Part shown: one piece after another, positions 12,488 through 24,557 of the stretch
Layout of the letters: each line of letters begins with the position of its first letter
Position numbering within the stretch: position 1 is the first letter of the stretch
Assembly (NCBI GenBank): GCA_003614675.1
Contig: ML002241.1
Span: 1-61,213, forward strand
Source: Dimargaris cristalligena
Lineage: Eukaryota
DNA: 61,213 nt
Direction of reading: 5' to 3'
Notes under the pieces: generated by a model
Databases searched by the model: none
Seen by the model: only the letters and a program-made list of their open reading frames with translations
What the model was told of the DNA's origin: nothing
Translations under genes and position numbers: made by a program

Positions 12488-13771
12488 GTTACTCTTTATA
12501 TATATGTATATATTATATTGTTGTATCCCTGTAGTTATATTAAATAGCCCCGTTACCCACAGTGGAGAATCGTACAATAGAAGGAGGTGGAAGGGTGAAA
12601 CACTTAAGTCCACTTGTGGTGCCCCCAAGGTGAGACGAAGTAGCTCTGCCATTGTCCAAAAGTGAAGGTGGCCACAAATTATTGGGTAGCCCGCCTTTGC
12701 CTTCCTTGGAACAGTGATACCGTAGGGAATGTGGTTTTTTTAGCCACTCCTATTAGTCTGCAGACTGTGGGTCACATACGCTGTGCAACGGGGCCTCCTC
12801 CCTACTTTCCGCTTTTGCATTTTTGTTGGCAATCTAATTGCCAAGTTTTGGGATATATAATTTATTTTTAATTTTACGCTAAGAGCATTGGATAGTCTGG
12901 ATGTTATCGAGTGTATGGGTTGATGGCAAATGAGGCTGGGTACTTCAGTAGGTATAGAGCGTAGGTTCCAGTGTAAAAATAGAGTGCTTTCTCTCAACTT
13001 TAGGCAGGAAACCCGACAACACCATATTTAACCCCTATCCCAACGATATTTAGGAACGTGCCGGTATCTATCCTATCGTCCAGCCTAACCTGGCGTATGT
13101 GGTTGGTTTATAGTAGTGGGGAAACTCAGCGGAGTATCAAATGTGCACCACTTTCACAATTTTTCGCTCCTCGAGTATAGTGGGAGGGAGAGGTGTTTCA
13201 AGGAATATTAGTCACCTGACTGGCTGTTTAGCCTGGCTCCCAATTGGCCCTACCAATCAGGGAAGTATAAAAGAAGGGTGCAACAGCGACGAGACCCAAG
13301 GAAAAGAGGAGCTCGCAGAGGAGAGGGAGAAGGAGGGTCTACCTGATAATTAACCGCGGTCTGTTCATCGGCTATCAATAAGACAAGGCAAGGAAAGGAA
13401 ACCCCTACTGTTAATAGCAGCCCTATTTGACAGGCTCAGTTTGTAGTCTCATATAATAGCCGTGGCGGCATCCTTTCCGGGAGACTTCCGCCGGGGGAGT
13501 AGAATTACTAGTAATTGGAATCCCCTACAAGCTGCCACTGGAGTCTTGGTTGTCTACTGCACACCCTACCTACCAAGTCTTAAGGAGACAAAAGCACTTC
13601 AACCACCCCTTGTAACCAATCAGCTATACAGTCCATTCCTTCAGTTATTTTTATTTTGCTTCTTCTAGTCGAAGCCTCTGTGAAGCTTACTGCGACCATT
13701 TCCGAACTCCTCCATCTCTAAAGACCTAGTCCCGCAGGGTCCTATGCCTTGCATTGTTGTCCTAAGCTGCA

Positions 13772-16700
13772 ATGCCAAACTCCGACGAACCCAAGCCCTC
13801 TGACCAGGGCCAACGGCAGCTGACTAGTTTTTTTACCCGTAAACCAGCCTTCAAACGCCACCAACTTGCTCAGCCGAAATCGCCAACCAGAGAATCGTCG
13901 AAGGAACTGCCGTCTGGACAAGGTGAGTAGGGAGTGCTACCCAGTATTGGCTAAATATCCGCCGGCCTGGTTCGAAACTATTTCAGACTGGCTGGCTATT
14001 AATGTCTTAAACGAATAATACTCCTCTCGCCCAAATAACTAAACAGTCAACCCAAGGTATACCACCCCCTCCTACCCATATATTTTGACTACAAGCGCAC
14101 CATATAGCTACCGTCCACCTCCAAGAGTTAATTTCCCAAAATATAACGGCCCATGTCCCGCAGCAACCCGCCGCCGCTCCGGTCAAGGGTCTGACCCGAT
14201 CGGCATCACAGGGTTCGAGTGGGTTCCTGTCCAGTTTTACAATAGGGGCTGAGATGATCGAGGTGCCTTCGGATATTTCCAGCTCCGACGATGAAATGGG
14301 CATGGGTGGTACGCCACTGCTCCGGCCTATGCCATTCGGATTGGCCATTCCTTCGGCAAGCTTGGTTATCGAGGGCGCAAGTGACACCGGAAAGGTTGCC
14401 ACGGCCAGTACGGCAACGAAGGTGTCCTCAAGTGAGCCCAGCATCCAAACAGACTCGAAAAAATACCAGTTCTCGATTGATACCCTGTTAGAACAAAAAT
14501 CCAAGTCGTTTGTAAACTATTCTAGGCTCGAGGATTTGGTGGACGAAAAGGTGGGATACACCTCGACTCATAATTCACCGCTACTTTGAGGCCACTGCCC
14601 TGGGCTCCGTCTCGGCTTTTGTTCCGTACCATACCGATCAACTTGTTCCCGTCTAAGTTATTTACACTGTTAATTATACCATGTATCTCCAAACAGTTAC
14701 TAGACGAGCACGAGGAGGGTGACTTTATATACAACCGAAGCGAAGTTGTCAATGTCGTGGTCGCCAAGAATCACCAAGAGCGCTTGATGGAGGTAAGCAC
14801 TCTATAAGGTTGCTGGACTGGGCAGGTCCCAGGATATGGCCTAATTTACAATATTTTCTAACCATTTCTCAGACTTATCCCATTTAGACAAGAGGCCAAC
14901 ACACTAACCCAAAAACACCTTTCCAAAGTGCCTGCCCCCGCCTGTATTCTTCGATATTTTGGTTAATCCTGTCTAACTAGATTCTGGCCCCCGAACCTCA
15001 AGCCGGCGAACGATCACAGCTGGCCCTATTCCATTCTACAGCGACTGAGGTACCTATTCCCCCTGACCAACTTCTAATTCGATAATTAAGTCATCGCATC
15101 CCTTTAATCCCACTACGGCCCGTTTGTAAATCATTAACCGGATGACCGTTGGTTTTTATTTTTTTCTTTCTATAGCATCGACCATGGTCCGAGTTTGTCA
15201 TCGAACTGCGCTCACGGCGGGCCGGGGCCGAGTCCACTCTGACCCCAGCGGAACGAACCTTGGAGGTATGGGCAGATATCACCAAAAACACGCCACTGGC
15301 ACAGTACGCCCTCTCTAGCCATTGGCTGCTCCGGAATATGGAAAAGGGATGGACACTTCCCCATCAAGTGGCCCAATGGCTATTGCAGGTAGTGATTCAT
15401 GCCGAACGGGCCGACTACTGTCGCGAGGCTTCCGAAACCCTGGCCGTCTATTTGGCCGACTACCGCCGGTCGCGACGCCGCCCCGATGGTGAGACCCCGC
15501 GGTCGACTCGGCGCCGTGACCGCTGCTGGACGGTAGATATCCCGGATTTTCTGGAGGCCCTTCTGCGCTATGGTATTGAGCCCGGAGTCCTACAGCCGGC
15601 CTATCAAATACCGGCGGCGGGTACATCGGCGCGCCTGGGCCAGTCAAACACCGCCGAGGCATTCGGTACCATTCGACCCCAATTGGTAATTAACCTGAAA
15701 TACCTAATCCGCTGCTTGACCGACTCGATAAGCATCCAGCCGGTCGTTTACACCAGGATGGCCTTGACCCGACTCCTTCTCATCGTATTCAGTTGTACCC
15801 TCGATCCTGCACTAGCGGGATGTCGCCCCGAGTTGAGTGGTCTCATTTTGGCTACTCTGGCTGGATTTTCACAGACCGCATGGTCCGCTCATGTAAGTTT
15901 TCTAGTATATACTTGAGATGTACTCTGCGAATTAGCCATGGTCGATACTGGGCTTTTCTATGAAGCATCCCCAGTAACTCGATACCCAGAGGTATGTTGG
16001 CTATCCTAACGATAGCTGGCCAACTATTTAACCATCGATATCTACCATGCGCCATTATGCTATCTCTCACACCTACACCTAGCTGAACAATCTTATCCAA
16101 AATACCCTGCGTCTCTTTAAGCATAACCCTGATTGCCTGGTTCGGCTGTTGACTTTTTTGCCAACCACCCTCCCACCCCACTATCCTCTTGCTCAGGCGG
16201 CCGTTATTCCTGATCCTCCGCCGGCCACTCCCTCCCAATTATTAGCCACCTGCATGACCCCCACCCCTCTGCGTAACCCGGCCTCACCCCCACGAACCCC
16301 ACGCCAGGAAACACCCCGGCATATGCCTATCACCACCTCTAAGCGCAGCAAGGCCAGAGACGACCTCATGGAACGACCCTTTAGCCCCTCGAGTACTGCC
16401 AGCTCCCCACCACCGCACGATTCCATGGACGCCTCCCCGGTGGGAACGCACCGGTATGACCAAATGGTGCTCGATGGACCGGAGACTCTACAACGCTGTT
16501 TCGACTTCAGCCGGCTGCTGGCTTACCACGCCGCCCAACGGCTGATTGTCCGGGGTCGTACTGATGCACTAACTAGCAATACAGCCGAGCGTAACCCGGT
16601 GGTCATGGACGTGGACATGGAACCGATCGACAAGGTCCCATTATGGCCCCCTCCTACGATGCCGGAACACTCCCCGGTTCAATTCTCCACGCTATGGTCC

Positions 16701-17054
16701 CAGTTGGCCACCCAACTGACCCGTGACCCCTACTTCAAATTGGGGGAAGACACGGATTACCAGCGGGTGTATTTGATCTTTCGCATCCTGGATTTCCACC
16801 TCCGGGGCATCCAGGATATGGCCCACCACGTTACCCTTATTGATCAAATCGTACGGGCTCTGCGCACCCTGTACGGCCGGATATTGGACAGTAAGGCCGC
16901 GTTTCTCGAACGCACTCGAACCAAGGATCTGATCCAGCGCTTACAAATGCGCCTGTATTTTACCGTTTGCCTACCGTCGAGCATTCGGGATAAGGATGCT
17001 CGATTGGTTGTCAATACTCAGAAAACTCTACACGCCTTTGCCAGTCCACGATAA
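13772..17054 (+). CDS. SLF2/FAM178 (Nse6-like) Smc5/6 loader-type protein, ~815 aa, 6 exons
   Basis: Exons 13772-13922, 14108-14550, 14697-14792, 14981-15049, 15176-15892, 16083-17054 join in frame. The C-terminal AFLERTRTKDLIQRL...TQKTLHAF resembles the recalled SLF2 tail (RTKVKDLVARI...TQGQLHDFW). N-terminal QRQLTSFF is a PIP box. Confidence 0.65.
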
Positions 17055-17560
17055 ATCATTTGGCCCGTGGTTTTCTGCTGTTGTTTTTTAAAATTAAAAG
17101 GAAAACACAAACAACAATATAGACATATAAACAATATACTGATATTTAAACTGTTGTCGGCCTACCTTTGCCATGAAATTCATTACACTACTTTTCTACT
17201 TATTGGTTTGAATACAATTTGACGGTTTACTTTTAGTTCATACAAACGACGAGGTTGGCTTAGTATGAAGCAATGCTGATAATAAAATAAATAACCACGG
17301 AAGAACGCCGATTAAAAATAGGCCTTAAAAAAGCTAGAGATATTTATGGATCAGTCACAAAATCTCAAGAATAGGCAGCAGCCATCATCCATACCACCCC
17401 ATGGCAGTGGGCTACCAAGTGGGGGGAAGGGTAGTCGAAGCGACAATGGTCAGTATTGAGGCAACCAAAGGACCTGGAGTGCTCATTGCTTTTCAGTAAA
17501 CAGAGGGTTTTATGATAAGCCACGGATAAAAAAACAACTGAGGGGAATAGAGGGGGAAAT

Positions 17561-18494
17561 CTAGTTGAAGAATTTGCGAGAGGGGGAGTGGCCGAACAGC
17601 ATAACGCGGATTTCGGGCAGCATCTGCTCAGATACGAGACCCAGGCGAGATTCCAGGGTGTTGCTGACGCGAATGCGGCCATTGTGCGAGGTCACGATAA
17701 TGCCACCGCCGCTAATGATGGAATGGGAGGTAGGGCACCAGAGAAAGGCATAGTATAGGGTAAGAGGATGCACATTAGCCAGCAGATTATTACAAGTAGT
17801 CCTGACTGTGGTATCGTATAAAGACTTCGATAAAACTCTCATTATTGGACGAGGACTTCGATCGTCTCGCACCCATGCCAAGTGGACCGATGTTATTAAT
17901 AGACGCACGACCTTTTCGGAAACAATGATAATTACACAGTGATAACACATAAAGCACATACCAGTTCTCGGGCAAGAAGTTGGATTCGTCAATTTCGGGG
18001 GTAACCGTCAGGCCGGTAGATTCCTCGTAAGTGGTCTTAGCGGTCGCCATGGCGGTCTTGACCTTCTCGAGGTCCGACTTGCGGCACTCGATACCGACGG
18101 CGGTATCCATGAGCTTGTAGAAGCCCTGGAGGATGAATTTTTCGAGCTGGGCCTGGTATTCGGACTGGTCGGCGAGATTCAGCATACGCTGTTGGGCCTC
18201 GGCGAACAGGCCGTCCAAGAGTTCCTGGCGACGGGCCAACACGCGCAGACGGGCCTTGTTGACCATATTGGACTGAGTGATACGCTTCTGGACCTCGACC
18301 TGCTTGACCTTGCGCTCGAAGGTGTTCTCGATATTGACGGACTCCTGGCGCACCAGCTTGGCCTTTTCAATGTTGAACTCCTCGTCGGCCTTGACCTTGA
18401 TTTCGCGGGCCTTTTCGAGAGCCTCCTGCTTGATGAATGCGACCATTTTGCGCATTTCGGAGTACACTTCTTCGTCATTCATGGCACGAGACAT
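17561..18494 (-). CDS. VMA4: V-type ATPase V1 subunit E
   Basis: MSRAMNDEEVYSEMRKMVAFIKQEALEKAREIKVKADEEFNIEK...GGGII...GRIRVSNTLESRL...RKFFN. Exons 18494-17962 and 17711-17561; probable 5'-UTR intron 18787-18590. Confidence 0.97.
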
Positions 18495-19025
18495 GGTGGG
18501 CAAAATGGGGGGTTAAGTGAGGGGGAAAGTGTGGGAAGGAGGGATAAAGTAGTAAAAGTAAAAGGGGGTTGGTGTTCGTAAAAGAAACACTAGAATACAG
18601 AGATAGGACAAGGGAACCGAGATGGGTACTAGACGAAGGGAGATGGAATGTTAACAGAGACAATTGGGTGGGAGGCGGGTTAGGTTAGTCACAGTATGGG
18701 GTTGGGGGGTGAGGTGAGCCGGCTGGGTGTTGAAATGGGATAAGCAGTCGGGTAAGGGATAAAGGGAAGAAAGGGAGAGAGACTTACCGAAGGATAACGA
18801 TAGTATGGGTCTGCCAAGAACACAGCAACACGACTAAGTAGTAGTATAAATTAAAGGAAAAGGAAGCAAGAACGTATACCACTTAAAGGGCGCCCAGGCA
18901 AGGGGGTTCTTTCTATAAGAGAGTTTGGTTTAGTTGTATGCGCATTAAGCACCCTCTATATTGGCATGGCTAATAAGCTCGATATTAAAGGGATGGCAAC
19001 AGTGTGTCAAGGAGCGTTACGACTC

Positions 19026-19520
19026 GAGGCTATTGGCCCGCCTGGTCGAGGCCGTCCGCGTCCTTTCCGTTGACTTTGGAAGACGCTGGCGTCCTTACCC
19101 CACCCGTAACTCAACCCACGTACCACAATGGCTACGTCGTGCGACCCATCTCCCTCCTCTTACAGGCACTGGTGCCGCGAATTGGCGGGATATGGAGTAG
19201 CCTCCAAACCAAAATGACAGCACAGCGTGACCCCGTGGAGCCAGCCCGTTGTCGTTTATCTAGTCAGCCGACCCCAGTTCGTCAGCGTAATAGTGTGCAT
19301 ATCCCCTTCATTACATCTCCTTGCCGAGCGGAGGTCCTTGCTAGACAGGCGGGTGTTGCAATGGCTGAGTAACGCACCTCACTTCCATACTCTTTGGCAT
19401 AGCAGACCGCTGAGGCGCTTATAGGCACTCTTTAATGGTGATTCCACTCCGCTGATACTCGGGCGATCGATGTCTTTGCAGGCCAGGCCGTTGTCACACA
19501 TCCAAGCGGCCTATAGCCTC
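19026..19520 (-). other. GC-rich self-complementary segment (candidate structured ncRNA or TIR element)
   Basis: Ends 19026-19045 and 19502-19520 pair over ~17 bp, with several nested internal helices and no convincing protein. Confidence 0.35.
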
Positions 19521-19583
19521 CTCAACCCCTACCTACCACTCCGTCTCTCCTACTCGGTGACTTTTGAGGATAAACGAAAAGTC

Positions 19584-19624
19584 ATCACGTGACCATTCCC
19601 TTTGGGGTGAGTAGATATCACGTG
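19584..19624. promoter_or_regulatory. Tandem ATCACGTG E-boxes (bHLH Cbf1/SREBP-type) in the divergent intergenic region
   Basis: ATCACGTGAC at 19584-19593 and ATCACGTG at 19617-19624. Confidence 0.4.
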
Positions 19625-20038
19625 CCTCCCGCCAGAGTTAAGATCGTCGACTTGATACTCCGCGAATCGGTGGTTCCTAGTCGTTTCTCCCCATTAAACA
19701 GTGCCAGGGTAAAAGAGTGAGAAGTGAGGAGGAATCCCCCCCCTCAAGTCTTGTGGATGTGAGGGAGGGATTCATGCCATGTAAGGTGATGGAGGGAGAG
19801 CCTGAATAATCCCCCCATACGCCAACGACAACGTCAACCGATTCCCCCCCACTAGAGATTGCCCAAGCACCCATGGGGAGGATTGATCTGGAATCCCTCA
19901 CCCTCTAATGGTCTGAATGTTGTTGACCCGCCCACTTTCTCTCTATTGCCTGTCATACCTGGATTTCTCCATTTCCTCAACCTACTCTGCGGCACTCTAG
20001 TGTTTTCCCCTTTCCAGTTCATCTAGTGCACCACCACA

Positions 20039-20846
20039 ATGTCGCTGCTTCGCAATTCTCTGGCCGGTTCAACCCAAGGTGCTCTGCGCCGCTGGGCCCT
20101 TCAGCTGCGTTCCATCGCCCCGACCGTCCAACTGCCCGTCACTACTCTCCTCGCCCCCCCGTAAGCGGCTGTTCTCCGCCACCGGTCTGGCCCCTAGCGA
20201 CAAGCTTTTCGTGCACCGCGAGACCCCCGAAAACAGCAACAACCAAACCTTTGCCTTTGACGTTCAACATGCCCCCAAAGCTGAGGAAATCCTGGCCAAG
20301 TATCCCCCCCAGTACAAGAAGGCCGCCATGATCCCGTTGCTCCATTTGGCCCAAAAACAGCTGGGCTGGACCTCCCTCGCCGTGATGAAGGAAGTCGCCC
20401 GCATTTGCGAAGTACCCCCCATGCGGGTCTACGAAGTCGCCTCGTTTTATACCATGTTCAACCGGGATCCTGTGGGCAGGTACTTCCTGCAGGTGTGTAC
20501 CACCACCCCTTGTGAACTGTGCGGCTCGTCCGGTATTTTACAGGCCGTTGAAAAACACCTCGGTATCAAAGTGGGTGAGACCACCCCCGATAAAATGTTC
20601 ACCCTGGTGGAGGTGGAGTGCGCCGGAGCGTGTGTCAATGCCCCCGTGATTGCCGTCAACGACGACTACTACGAGGATCTGACCCCCGAAACGGCGGTGC
20701 AGCTCATTGAATCCATCAAAAAGGGCAGTCCCCTCAAGCCCGGTCCGCTAACCGAGAAGCGCCAAAATTGCGATCCCGCCGGTGGCCTAACCTCGCTCAC
20801 TTCGAAGCCGCCAGGGCCCGGCTTCGGCATGCGCGACGACCTATAA
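20039..20846 (+). CDS. NDUFV2: NADH:ubiquinone oxidoreductase 24-kDa subunit; apparent frameshift in the presequence
   Basis: SDKLFVHRETPEN, YKKAAMIPLLHLAQ, VYEVASFYTMF, CTTTPCELC and ECAGACVNAP (2Fe-2S ligands). ATG 20039 encodes a mitochondrial-type presequence that is one base out of frame at the C7 run 20154-20160. Confidence 0.93.
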
Positions 20847-21246
20847 TCCCTCCACTTCCCATTTTCAACATTTCCGCTGCTAATACCGCCATGGTCGTCA
20901 ACTCGCCTTCTAGCAAGGACTACACCGCATGGGGGTACCCTTGCTCTTTATCTTCATGTCGGCCGACGTATTTTTCTCATCAGACCTTGTCTGCTTTTTT
21001 CTTTTACAATGCCTACTCATCACTTTGTCTATTTATTATCCGCTTTGAATCTTTCATTTCACCCAAAGCACTGCGACCGGCTGATCCATAAATCTCTAGA
21101 ATACACTATTACGGTTGCTTAATGATCCTGCACAGCCCACCCTTGTCACCTTATGATGGGTCCATATGAATGTCCAGTTCAACTATTGGGGATCGCTTTG
21201 TCGCACGGACCATTTGTCACAGTTTGCTGGGGTCTAGCGAAGCCTA

Positions 21247-22505
21247 TTAGGGGACAATGCCTTTTTTCATTATATAGTAAAGGATTGTGGAGTCTTCGTC
21301 GACGATGGCAAGCGTAAATACACTACCAATTGGGCATCCCGGGACAGTCGTATGGCAAATATAGAAATCAAAATAAATATCCTGGTTAATACGTACATGA
21401 TAATTCCTGTCGCGGATTTAATAACAATCCGGTCAATACTGGACCCATGCCATTTACATTGGCATTTCATTTTACTGAGTTAATACTTACCCAGAGGGGC
21501 GAACGCATTCAAGGCCGAATATTTTGGTAAAGCTAATCAGAAGTGCGACCATGAATTAAGCAAATGGTATTTGAGTATTCTATTAATCCCTAAATACTTA
21601 GATCAGAAACGGTAACAATAATTATTCGTGGACAACTCGAGGCTCTAAACGATCGGGGGAACTTACAACGAGGCCGAAAGAGTGTCGGTTCTAGTGATAG
21701 GTACAATCACCTGCGGTTCCGCCTGGAAGTAACGGTCGAATCGAATACAGTAAAAAAGGTATAAGCAACCGCCCGGTGATTATAGCCGCAGTATAATTAT
21801 AAGCAACATACCCGAAGTGCTCCTTTAATAACATAGACAAGTACATCCTCCGGATTTAGTCCCTCCCTAAGAAGTCCAGTATGCTCCCGGGACTCCAGCA
21901 GAGGAGCGGTCTACCCTAGCATAATTGCTGACTTACCTGCTCGGGAGGGGTGCCAATAATTATGCACTGGTTGATTTCAGGGGATTTTTCAAGTGTGACG
22001 GATGGCCATGTTCGTTCTATGGAGTTAGAGTGAGTATGACCCGGATGAGATAGTGAATAGGGTGAGGTGTGGTGTGGTTTGGTTTGGGTGTTTGTTGTCC
22101 CAAGTGACTGGAGGTATACGACTCGACCAATTCTGCCAGTATTTCGTATTCACCCAGTCGGGTTCCTTTGCTGCTTACCCAAGACAAGATTGCAGTAGAC
22201 CTGAAAGAGTGGTATGGCCGTCTCGGGGTAGGCTGTCACGTAAGGCGCTACGTCGGAGTACTATTCGGATGAGTGAGGGGGGTTTCGGTACAGAACGTCA
22301 ATTAGCGAGAAATAAGAGGGGGGTTGGTACGGCAGCTGGGACAATTCGGGTAGTTGAGGTACTTCCAGAAAGGTCCTTCCATTTATAGACGCATGGCGAA
22401 GCGGAAGGGAAGCAGGTCCCTAGCATGCAGTCAAGCTAGACGGCACTTCGCATTTAGATAGATGGCTGGAGAGGAGACCCGACTTACTAGAGGATGATTC
22501 TGCAT
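21247..22505 (-). CDS. SEN15: tRNA-splicing endonuclease subunit Sen15, 117 aa, 6 short exons
   Basis: Exons 22505-22488, 22260-22179, 22016-21937, 21722-21667, 21532-21491, 21322-21247, all with GTAAG donors and AG acceptors and phases consistent (354 nt). Protein MQNHPLYSDVAPYVTAYPETAIPLFQVYCNLVLERTW...QVIVPITRTDTLSASFFTKIF...VFTLAIVDEDSTILYYIMKKGIVP carries the Sen15 C-terminal LAIVDxDSTIxYY motif. Confidence 0.88.
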
Positions 22506-22801
22506 TAGCGAAATGGTTCAAAGGAATCGGCTGGGCAATAATCCCTTATTGATGAATGGAATGTAGGGTGGGCTTCAGGTGAAGGAATGTAAGGCCACAA
22601 CCCCCCTAGGCGCCTTACTGACAACTACAACCTGGCCCAGGCGAAGCCTTTATAAACTTTTTCATTACCAGCTCCCCCCATACTAAATCACAGAGGGCTC
22701 TTGGCTGAGGAGCAACCGCTGTACTATTAAAGTAAGCTATTATTAAATAGTGCTAAATCAACCAGTTAATCGTTAAAGTGTTCATATAGTTAGTATATAC
22801 C

Positions 22802-22945
22802 ATCTGGGCGAAATTCGGCCCAGCTGTATAAGGTTATAAATGGGAAATGTATGGGACAATAAGTGAAGATTTTCTTTTGAACCAGTAGTATTTGCTTCCT
22901 CCATAGGAGGTCTTGTTATACAGCCTAGCTGGACTTCTCCCATTT
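22802..22945 (+). mobile_element. Diverged MITE copy
   Basis: ATCTGGGCGAAATTCGGCCCAGCTGTATAAGG...AACCAGTAGTATTTGC...TATACAGCCTAGCTGGACTTCTCCCATTT; same length and internal motifs as the other copies. Confidence 0.7.
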
Positions 22946-24557
22946 GTGTTTATGCACGGGTTACTTTGGCATTTGGTATCTCTCAACTGGTTCTATTATT
23001 GGTGCCAGGATTGCCGGAAAAACACGGATAAAACCACCAGCATTGAGTATACGATTGGGAGCATCAAAATTGTATAACCAGGGCCGGCTCCTTCAATGAA
23101 CAAGTGCTTATACTAATGATTGCAAGCCGCTGGTCTCCCTTTGAGACCTGTTGGGGCCTGACATTTTACAGGTGGCAGTTCATCTCGCCCCGTTTACTTC
23201 AAAAAAATATACTCAAATACATCTAAATATACCTATTCACACCAATTAAAATATAAATTTGTACTCAAGCATTAGTCCATAGAAGTCGGCAATGCCACAG
23301 CGACTCATCTAATGAACAGGTTTTGGTGACTAGGGCTTTGCAGGTTATTCAATTCAACCGTCAGCCAGCTGCAATGGTAGGTATTGGTACCGCTGTTCGA
23401 CGCTGACCTCACACTAATAGGCATGGTAGTACAAGCAGGCAATGTTGACTTGCTTGTAGCGTAGCCCAGAGCCAATGGGGATAGCCCCATGCTTGCAGAA
23501 GATGGGGTATTCGCTGGGTTGGAGGAAATAATTCCGCTGGTGAAAGTATTCAATATTTCGGACTGCTGGGAACGTGTGAGTAGCTATGGTTAATCCAGCA
23601 AAAAGGTGGTATATTGTAAAGATGAGTCCAGCAGCCCATTTCTTAAACAAAGAGAATGGGGACTATGATATATATGAAACACTGATGGGCGACCTGAACA
23701 GCAAAATACGGGCAAAAACTAGCCTAACTATCCAACAGAAGATTCATTAACTGGGTCGGGTTTCTATGGCGATCAATGAATACAACGGGCCTTTTCCATC
23801 CTTGTTTAATTCCAAGCCCTTTGCTGCTCTGGGTTGACATTCCCCCCTACGAAGAGAAGAGGGGGATATAGAGGAAGCAATCAGCCCATGTGGTCGAGTA
23901 TTGAAAGCGAGACGAGTGAAAATAATCCATGCGAAGCCCGATGAATCCTTTGAGAGACGGTGATCCCAAGAGTATTACAACGATGTATTCTAAACCCCGC
24001 ATCCTACACCCCTTTATTCTATGATGATCGAGGTATATTTGACGGTTAATCATATGCGTGGCTTCTACCGTCGATCCACGGGAGTCGAACTATGCCTGCC
24101 GTCCGCATGGCAGTTTGACCAGAAACCAGGTGAAGGTGAGAGACAGTTTATTGACGACCCCTCCGCCTCTGGAAAACGGGAGACTGGTTGTAGATCACGG
24201 TAGTATCAACTCCTTTATTCTACTCTGCAGACAAAGGTGGAGTAGGAAAGACGGGGAGATGCTGGCCGATTTGTTGTGTGTTTTCACCAGCGATATTTCG
24301 GGAGAAACCCCTTGAGATCGTGTGTAGGATGCCCATTGGTAGGATCGGTTTAAATCAGCGAGATAACAGAACAGGGCCTACTGCGTTCAATCTAGCGACC
24401 GGCACCTGGGTACTATTATAAATACCCAAGATGGCGCCTCATTTTCAATCAACATCAACGTCTCATCCATCATACTTCACACCTACACTGTTATTGCTCT
24501 TTTGGCTTATATATTGGTTCCATTACAACCCTTTCCCACCCTTCAACTACTCGCACC

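Noticed and set aside
19026..19520. Group II intron (GUGUGAC start) or hammerhead (CUGACGA) identity for the structured segment
   Set aside because: No domain V, and no correctly placed GAAA/stem II.
23305..23650. Short minus-strand ORFs as a possible transposon relic
   Set aside because: Multiple stops and no transposase or reverse-transcriptase motif recognised.
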